A stretch of 28,545 nt of DNA, taken from NCBI RefSeq assembly GCF_006345805.1, contig NW_021833480.1:1-28545 (forward strand), read 5' to 3'. Each line of letters opens with the position of its first letter. The stretch's first letter is position 1. Positions 22,489 to 28,545 of the stretch are shown piece by piece. The translations under genes were made by a program, and so were the position numbers. This DNA comes from Octopus sinensis. Its lineage: Eukaryota. The notes under the pieces were generated by a model that was not told where the DNA came from, searched no databases, and was given only the letters and a program-made list of their open reading frames with translations.

Positions 22489-22791
22489 TTATTTATTTAT
22501 GTGTCCTTTTCAAGCCTAGCCAGGCTCATGGGCCCGGTTTCCCGGTTCCTATGGCGTATGTGTTCCCCTCAGCTGGACCGGATGCCAGTCCATCGCGGCG
22601 TTACTCAAGAAACAGGAAGAAAGAGTGAGAGAAAGTTGGGACGAAAGAGGACAATAGGGGTTGCCACCATCCCCGTAGCCGGAGCCACGTGGAGCTTTAG
22701 GTGTTTTCGCTCAAAAAACACACACAACTCCCGGTCCGGGAATCGAAACCGCGAGTCCGCTGTCCTAACCACTGGGCCATTGCGCCTCCAC
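22489..22791 (-). mobile_element. tRNA-derived SINE family S1, full length, tail type B, with a perfect 15-bp TSD
   Basis: TSD AAAAACCCACCTTCT at 22474-22488 and 22792-22806. Head GTGGAGGCGCAATGGCCCAGTGGTTAGG...GGTTTCGATTCC, shared core, (ATAA)n tail. Confidence 0.95.
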
Positions 22792-22879
22792 AAAAACCCA
22801 CCTTCTGCTCAACCAAACTCATTTATAAACTTATTTTATACACCTAAAATATATCTTTATTTATTTTATTTTATTTTAT

Positions 22880-22930
22880 TTTATCTAGTTTCAGCTCACG
22901 AGCTGTGGCCATGCTGGGGCACCGCCATTT
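22880..22930 (-). mobile_element. S2-related SINE tail remnant
   Basis: TCTAGTTTCAGCTCACGAGCTGTGGCCATGCTGGGGCACCGCC resembles the S2 tail. Confidence 0.65.
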
Positions 22931-23736
22931 ATAACATTTGTAATATTCTATGTTTCCAGACTTAAAGAGATTTACTTTTTATATACGTTTTTGGCCGGCT
23001 TTCTTGCATGCAAAGAATGTTCGTTTTCATCTTTTTTTATATAAATTCTGACCTTTTTTTATTCTTTGACCTCCTACCAACTTGTACAAATCAGCCAAGC
23101 TTCCAAAGGGTTTAATCCGATTTTTTATGCAATTTCTGAAAGAAAAAAATTTGTAATCTTTACTTATTGTAATTGCTGAAGAAATTATTCGATGTAAATT
23201 GGATTAATACATTTATTTATTATTCATTATTAATTTATTATATTTAGTCCTTTACGTTTTCTGTCACCCGACATCTGATTCTGTAAACCCTACATTCTCA
23301 CATTTATGGTCATTCACGCTACAGTCTCTTTCAGTTCCATTTTGAAAAGAATCGCACGAAAAAGAATATGCTACATTTGATATGCTTCTCTTATTCCCTT
23401 CGTTTTATTCACCTTTTCTTTAACAAATGTTTTTTCGACGATAATAAATGCATGCTTCCCATATTGGTTATAATTTTTTTAATTTCCTTAATTTTTTAAG
23501 TAATTCATTGAATGCGTTAATCATTGTTACAAGATTCCCGCTAATTATTTTCGAATACATTCATTCGTAATTTTTATCCAAAATGCTTTTTTTCTGCTTT
23601 ATACCAGTCTCATTTTGTAACGCAAATATGAACAAAATAGGAGCAAACCAAGAAATTTTCCACGTGCTAAATTGTAATTGAGACAAAGAGAAGGGCATAC
23701 ACTTATACCTTTATGAATGAAATGGAAACCTCATGC

Positions 23737-24020
23737 CTTTTATCTTTTACGTGTTTCAGTCATAAGACTGCGGCCATGTTGGGGCAGCGCTTTTAAGGGA
23801 AACAATCAACACCAGTACTTATGTTTTTCTAAACATAGTACTTATTCTATATATAAGACGGGCTTCTTTCAGTTTTCCACTACAGAATCCACGTACACGT
23901 CTTTGTTTGGCTCAGGATTATAGTAGAAGACATCTGCAAAAGATGGCACGCAGTGTGTCTGAACACTAACACCTGTGATTAGGAAGCAAGCTTCTTCCTC
24001 TACAGCAACACCTGCGTCTA
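23737..24020 (-). mobile_element. SINE family S2, near full length with an internal deletion
   Basis: Tail CTTTTACGTGTTTCAGTCATAAGACTGCGGCCATG, then AGTACTTATTCT, GACGGGCTTCTTTCAGTT, TATAGTAGAAGACA, and head region ending ...ACACCTGCGTCTAT. Confidence 0.85.
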
Positions 24021-24343
24021 TGTTACATCTGCACCTTTAAAGATCTCGTTTCACTGTTTTTAACTCTGTTCATAATTTCCTAAATAATGGCGTCAAAATT
24101 TCATGACTTTATAATTAGCCGTTGTTGGCGAAGTAATTTCATAACAGATGTTAATGATAACAAAGCAGGTAATAAATTATAGTTGACAGTAACAACGGAA
24201 GTTATAAATGAATGTTATGGAAAGTAACTGGGGAGGTTAGACGTGCAACATTCATCTTCTTGTAACAATAGGTGTAATAAATATAAATGTAATCCAACTC
24301 AAATGTAACTAGTAAAATCAATTAGAATTAATTATTTAACAGC

Positions 24344-24745
24344 TCAATCAATTATATATCCCTATTTAAGCGTGGTCGATATTTTTCAATGATTGCAGAC
24401 TTTATTTAACAGTTGGTTAAACAGATATTTTTTCACTACATTGTTGAAGGAAAAATATTTAAAAATTCGTTTAGCATATTAATCTATATATTCATTAACA
24501 ATTACTCGTTGGTTGTTTGGAAAACGTATTTGCTCTGCATGTAATATCATACATTAGATAAAGAAAATAAATAATTGTAAGATAAAATATTGGCGAAATC
24601 TGATATATGAGGAAAAGCATATCTTGATGGATGTGGTTGCGCAATTTCAAACAATTATATTGCCCTACGTTTCACAAATGTTTATTTATATAACCTGGTT
24701 GCTATAATTTTGCCTCTCCATAGTTTCTTTTAACCGTTCTTCCAT
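24344..24745 (-). mobile_element. Very old mariner-type transposase C-terminal fragment
   Basis: Minus-strand ERLKETM, LFEIAQPH (cf. LHDNARPH), HISDFA...YNYLFSL (cf. YSPDLAPSDYHLFRSL), terminal GGATATATAATTGATTGA (cf. GEYIID*). Heavily decayed. Confidence 0.5.
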
Positions 24746-24845
24746 ATAATAAAACAGCTGAAGGCGGAGGTAAAAGACATGGACCGCACTCGCTTTCGAT
24801 TATTTTTTTATCTTTTATTTTCTTATTTTTTCTTCTACAGAGATT

Positions 24846-25547
24846 CTGCAGAGAGATTCCGAGTCTGCAAAAACAATCGGCATTTCAAAATTTCAATTTT
24901 TCAAAAAAAAAAAAAATAAATAAATAAACACCCCTCCCCTCCTACTACAATAGCAGCCGTTTAAAAGTATCTAAACAGAAAACTCAACATGCTAGAAACA
25001 GCAGCTAAACAACGAATCACGTTTTAAAAGTTTTAATTTGCCCTACACCCTTTTTTTCTTTGCCAGAGGGATGGAGAAAGGGGAAATAAAAATTTTGAAA
25101 GCGTGTTTTGAAGGTTTCTAAAATCTTCAATTTTTAAGTACGCTCCAACCAGAATGCTTGAAAAAACAGCCAAACCGAAGATCCTCTTTCTAAATACGAA
25201 TTACCAAAAACGAAAAAAACTTTTTTTAAATGTCATGTTATCGTGTATATGAATGTCAAAAAACTATTTTTTACAGATGTCCCTTAATTCTAAAAGACCC
25301 TCAACCACAACATGTTCACTTTCTGTTACAGATGCGCTGGCGGAGTGGAGGGAGTGTTTATTTATATATTTATTTTTGAAAAATTGAAATTTACAATTTT
25401 TTTTTCAGAATCATAATCTCCGTATTTTTCTATGTATTTCGTCAAAAGAAAAAGAAAAAAATTGGAGTGGTGGGAGTTGGAAGGGATAATTAAGATTTTG
25501 AAATGCCAATATTTTTTTTTTTTTTTGCAGATTCAAAATATCCGCAG
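24846..25547. repeat. Degenerate long inverted repeat (possible old MITE or foldback)
   Basis: The reverse complement of 24846-24942 matches 25342-25392 plus 25495-25547. Confidence 0.7.
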
Positions 25548-26062
25548 TCGTAAAAGTGGGTTTCTGTTGAGAAAACCCCCCAAAACAAAACAAAAAAATG
25601 ACGAAATGGGTTTTCTGTCCATGTCAGTTACCTCCGCACAGCTGAATCAGCGTTTCAACTGTTACTTAAACTTTCGTACATGACTTCTGCGGAGTAATAT
25701 GCACAAAGAATCTGGAAGTGCAGGAGTTCTCAAGCTGGTGAAGCTGGTACATTTAACTGAATGCACAACTTCCCGATTTCACTATCATTATGACTAAAGC
25801 CACAATCTTGATGTATTTTAATTTTAGATAAACTTTGTTGGTCACTCGAATGGTACGCTTTTAACAAGTTGAGGGTTTGCCCAAAGAATTGTACATTTTG
25901 GAGACGGGTGATAATGCATATCTGTCTGCCAACAAGAGAATTCCACTCAATAGAGGTGAAGCGTCAGGGTAGCAATGTTCAAGCAGATGACATGGAGCAG
26001 GCATTACGTTATCAAATAATTGTAAAACAATCTTCGAGACCCCTTAGGTAATGTCATTGATT

Positions 26063-26205
26063 CAGTGGCTAGGCAGTGGACTCGCGGTCGTAGGATCGCG
26101 GTTTCGATTCCCAGTTTGGGCGTTGTGAGTGTTTATTGAGCGAAAACACCCAAAGCTCCACGAGTCTCCGAGTACGGGGGTGGTGACTGTACTCTTTCGC
26201 ACTGA
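26063..26205 (+). mobile_element. tRNA-derived SINE family S1, head only (3'-truncated)
   Basis: CAGTGGCTAGGCAGTGGACTCGCGGTCGTAGGATCGCGGTTTCGATTCCC...GTGTTTATTGAGCGAAAACACCCAAAGCTCCACG matches the heads at 11497 and 22791. Confidence 0.9.
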
Positions 26206-26254
26206 ATGATAGATACCTGCATGGATTATTAATGTTTTAAAAGGAAGAACAGCC

Positions 26255-26430
26255 AATTTTTTCTCAACGAAAGTTAGTATAGGCCGCACCTTAAAAAAAT
26301 GGAGAAATGATACATTTCGTAACAACTGAAGGCTCCGTACCTGTAAAAAGAAACATGAAATGCTCACCACAGAAAAAGTTTCAATTCTATCCTCAATTAG
26401 AACTTCTCTGGCGATAAGCAATATGAACAG
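26255..26430. repeat. Direct repeat, copy 1 (176 bp), abutting the MITE left end
   Basis: About 90% identical by eye to 26865-27041. Confidence 0.95.
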
Positions 26431-26864
26431 GGATCTCTTCGGTTTGACCGGCAGTTTTTTTGAAATAATTTCCACGTAACTAAACACTTTTAAACTTCGT
26501 ATACTGGTAGAATATGTTTATAAAACATATTTTTCTCTTGGCTTTATTGAGAAAATTCTATAGTTTGTAAGATATTTGTTGTTTTTTATTCAATTTCTGC
26601 AATTTCAACCAATCAATGACGTCTATTGAGGTGAAAACTTTTTGTGCCGTATGAATATGTCCCTCGTTTAAGAAACAGATTGGGTTTTATTTACATTTCT
26701 GAAGAAAAAAAAGATACCCTTCCCCCCACTCCTAACCCTAACCCTAACTAACCCTAACCCTAAAACAGATTGAAATGCAATAGATCGATACTAGAGTCAT
26801 AATTATGGCAGACAATTTCATATGACACCGCTAGAAAAAACTGCCGGTCAAACCGAAGAGATCC
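26431..26864. mobile_element. 434-bp MITE-like non-autonomous element with perfect 30-bp TIRs and an internal (CCCTAA)n tract
   Basis: GGATCTCTTCGGTTTGACCGGCAGTTTTTT (26431-26460) is the exact reverse complement of 26835-26864. CCTAACCCTAACCCTAACTAACCCTAACCCTAA lies at 26731-26763. Confidence 0.93.
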
Positions 26865-27041
26865 AAATTTTTCACAACAAAATTTAGTATAGGCCGCACC
26901 TTAAAAAAATGGAGACGTGATACATTAGGTAACATCTGAAGGCTCCGTACCTGTAAAAAGAAACATGAAATGCTCACCACAGGAAAAGTTTTAATTCTAG
27001 TCCTGGATTAGAACTTCTCTGGCGATAAGCAACATCAACGG
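26865..27041. repeat. Direct repeat, copy 2 (177 bp), abutting the MITE right end
   Basis: Starts at the first base after the right TIR. Confidence 0.95.
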
Positions 27042-27539
27042 CGATATATAATTTACGAGTCTTTTATCATATTCTTTGGCGAGAAGTGTATCGTGTATAA
27101 TTTTGCTTCATTACACAACCACGTCTGTTGGGGTTGATCATATTTTCGCCGTCACCATCATCATAGCGACCGTTAAGCTTTTCTTTGCTTTTATTCGTTA
27201 GTATTTTATTTAATGTGCTTTTGTCCTTTTACCCTCCTCTGCCCATTTTTGTTACATAAATTCCCGTTTATGTTCGCGTCTCTTTCCTTCCTTCCTTCCT
27301 TCCTTCCTTCATTATATCTACATAGTTTGTTGTTCCCCCTGCAGTAATGGTTCCGTTCTTGTAGCTATCGTTCTTAACGGGTTGGTTTTATTGTTCGTTG
27401 TCGAAATGCCTCTAATAAATAAATTAGTAATTTTGTCAGAGATTACCAGATTATTGCTTTGATCTTATGTTTCTTGTATTTTATCGCCTTTTTTTTTGTA
27501 ATTATTATAAGCGCGCATTTTCAGTTAACGCACAGGAGC

Positions 27540-27593
27540 ACACATACACATAATACATGCACATATACATATTTTCACATACACATATGTATG

Positions 27594-27673
<80 letters not shown>

Positions 27674-27711
27674 ATATAAGCATGTATTATATTATACATG
27701 TGTACTTATAC

Positions 27712-27744
<33 letters not shown>

Positions 27745-28071
27745 GCTTGTGTTTATATAAGTGTATATATATATATATATAAGTATATATGTATGTACGT
27801 ATATGTATATACATGTATGTATGTATATATATGTATGCATATGTATATATGTATATATATATGTATATGTATGTGTGTATATATATACATGTATGCATAT
27901 ACATCTATGTATATGTATATATATATATACATTCATATGCGTACATATATATATATATATACATACACATATACACACATATATACATATATACTTATAT
28001 ATGTTAATATATAATACAGATGCACACACATGTATGTATATATATTTATATATATATATACACATACACAT

Positions 28072-28102
<31 letters not shown>

Positions 28103-28130
28103 CATATATATACGCATATATATATGCACA
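27540..28130. repeat. Compound (CA)/(TA)/(TATG) microsatellite
   Basis: Seen directly. Confidence 0.96.
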
Positions 28131-28374
28131 TGTCCGGGTGTCAAACTCATACGCTATCTACCATTGTTCGTGTTTCCATCTCTAGACAGTTCCCTCCCCA
28201 CCCAGTGCAGGAATCCATTCCAACTGAGACGTTCTCATAGAAAAGCGAAATGAAAAATCATTTCACTCAAATGAATATGGTAAGATGTTAAATTAAATGA
28301 ATTACAATGAAAATATGATTTCTTTTTAACATATAACTAATTTCATTGCTGTTGCTATTGTAAATTGTGCAGCT

Positions 28375-28480
28375 GAAGGCGGAACTGCGGCAACGCCCTA
28401 TGAGTGACGGATAGAATATCACGTGGGATTTAGTTGTGTCTCTTTAAGATTTTAAGTTCGAATCCATGTGATGTTTTGTT
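28375..28480 (+). mobile_element. Possible highly decayed S3-like SINE head
   Basis: AAGGCGGAACTGCGGC...TTAAGTTCGAATCC with a B-box-like motif; weak similarity only. Confidence 0.35.
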
Positions 28481-28545
28481 TTTATAATTTCCATTTTTTT
28501 TTTACAAATTTAATTCTTTTCATTTTTTATTTCTCATTCAAATCC

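Noticed and set aside
25690-26050. Complex block suspected to be a transposase or RT fragment
   Set aside because: Hand translation gave no convincing motif, so it is left unassigned.
26731-26763. Interstitial telomere or fusion site
   Set aside because: Only about five imperfect CCCTAA units, all inside a TIR-bounded element.

Overview
AT-rich, repeat-dense eukaryotic DNA with no host protein-coding gene that I can support. Almost all ORFs in the supplied track are microsatellite read-throughs. The SINE heads and tails and the microsatellite style resemble Octopus (coleoid cephalopod) intronic or intergenic DNA; this is recognition from memory, not a database result. Supported content: two decayed Penelope-like elements (PLEs) of different lineages (+ strand ~3990-5870, split; - strand ~19500-22400), three ~200-bp elements carrying minimal hammerhead-ribozyme motifs (two of them are direct repeats exactly 1001 bp apart), a decayed Tc1 transposase, a very old mariner fragment, an RTE-type 3' end with a C2H2 finger, about a dozen tRNA-derived SINE copies of three families, a 434-bp MITE with perfect 30-bp TIRs flanked by ~177-bp direct repeats, a 180-bp foldback, a 21/42-bp minisatellite, a perfect 96-bp duplication and many microsatellites. 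All translations and alignments were done by hand.
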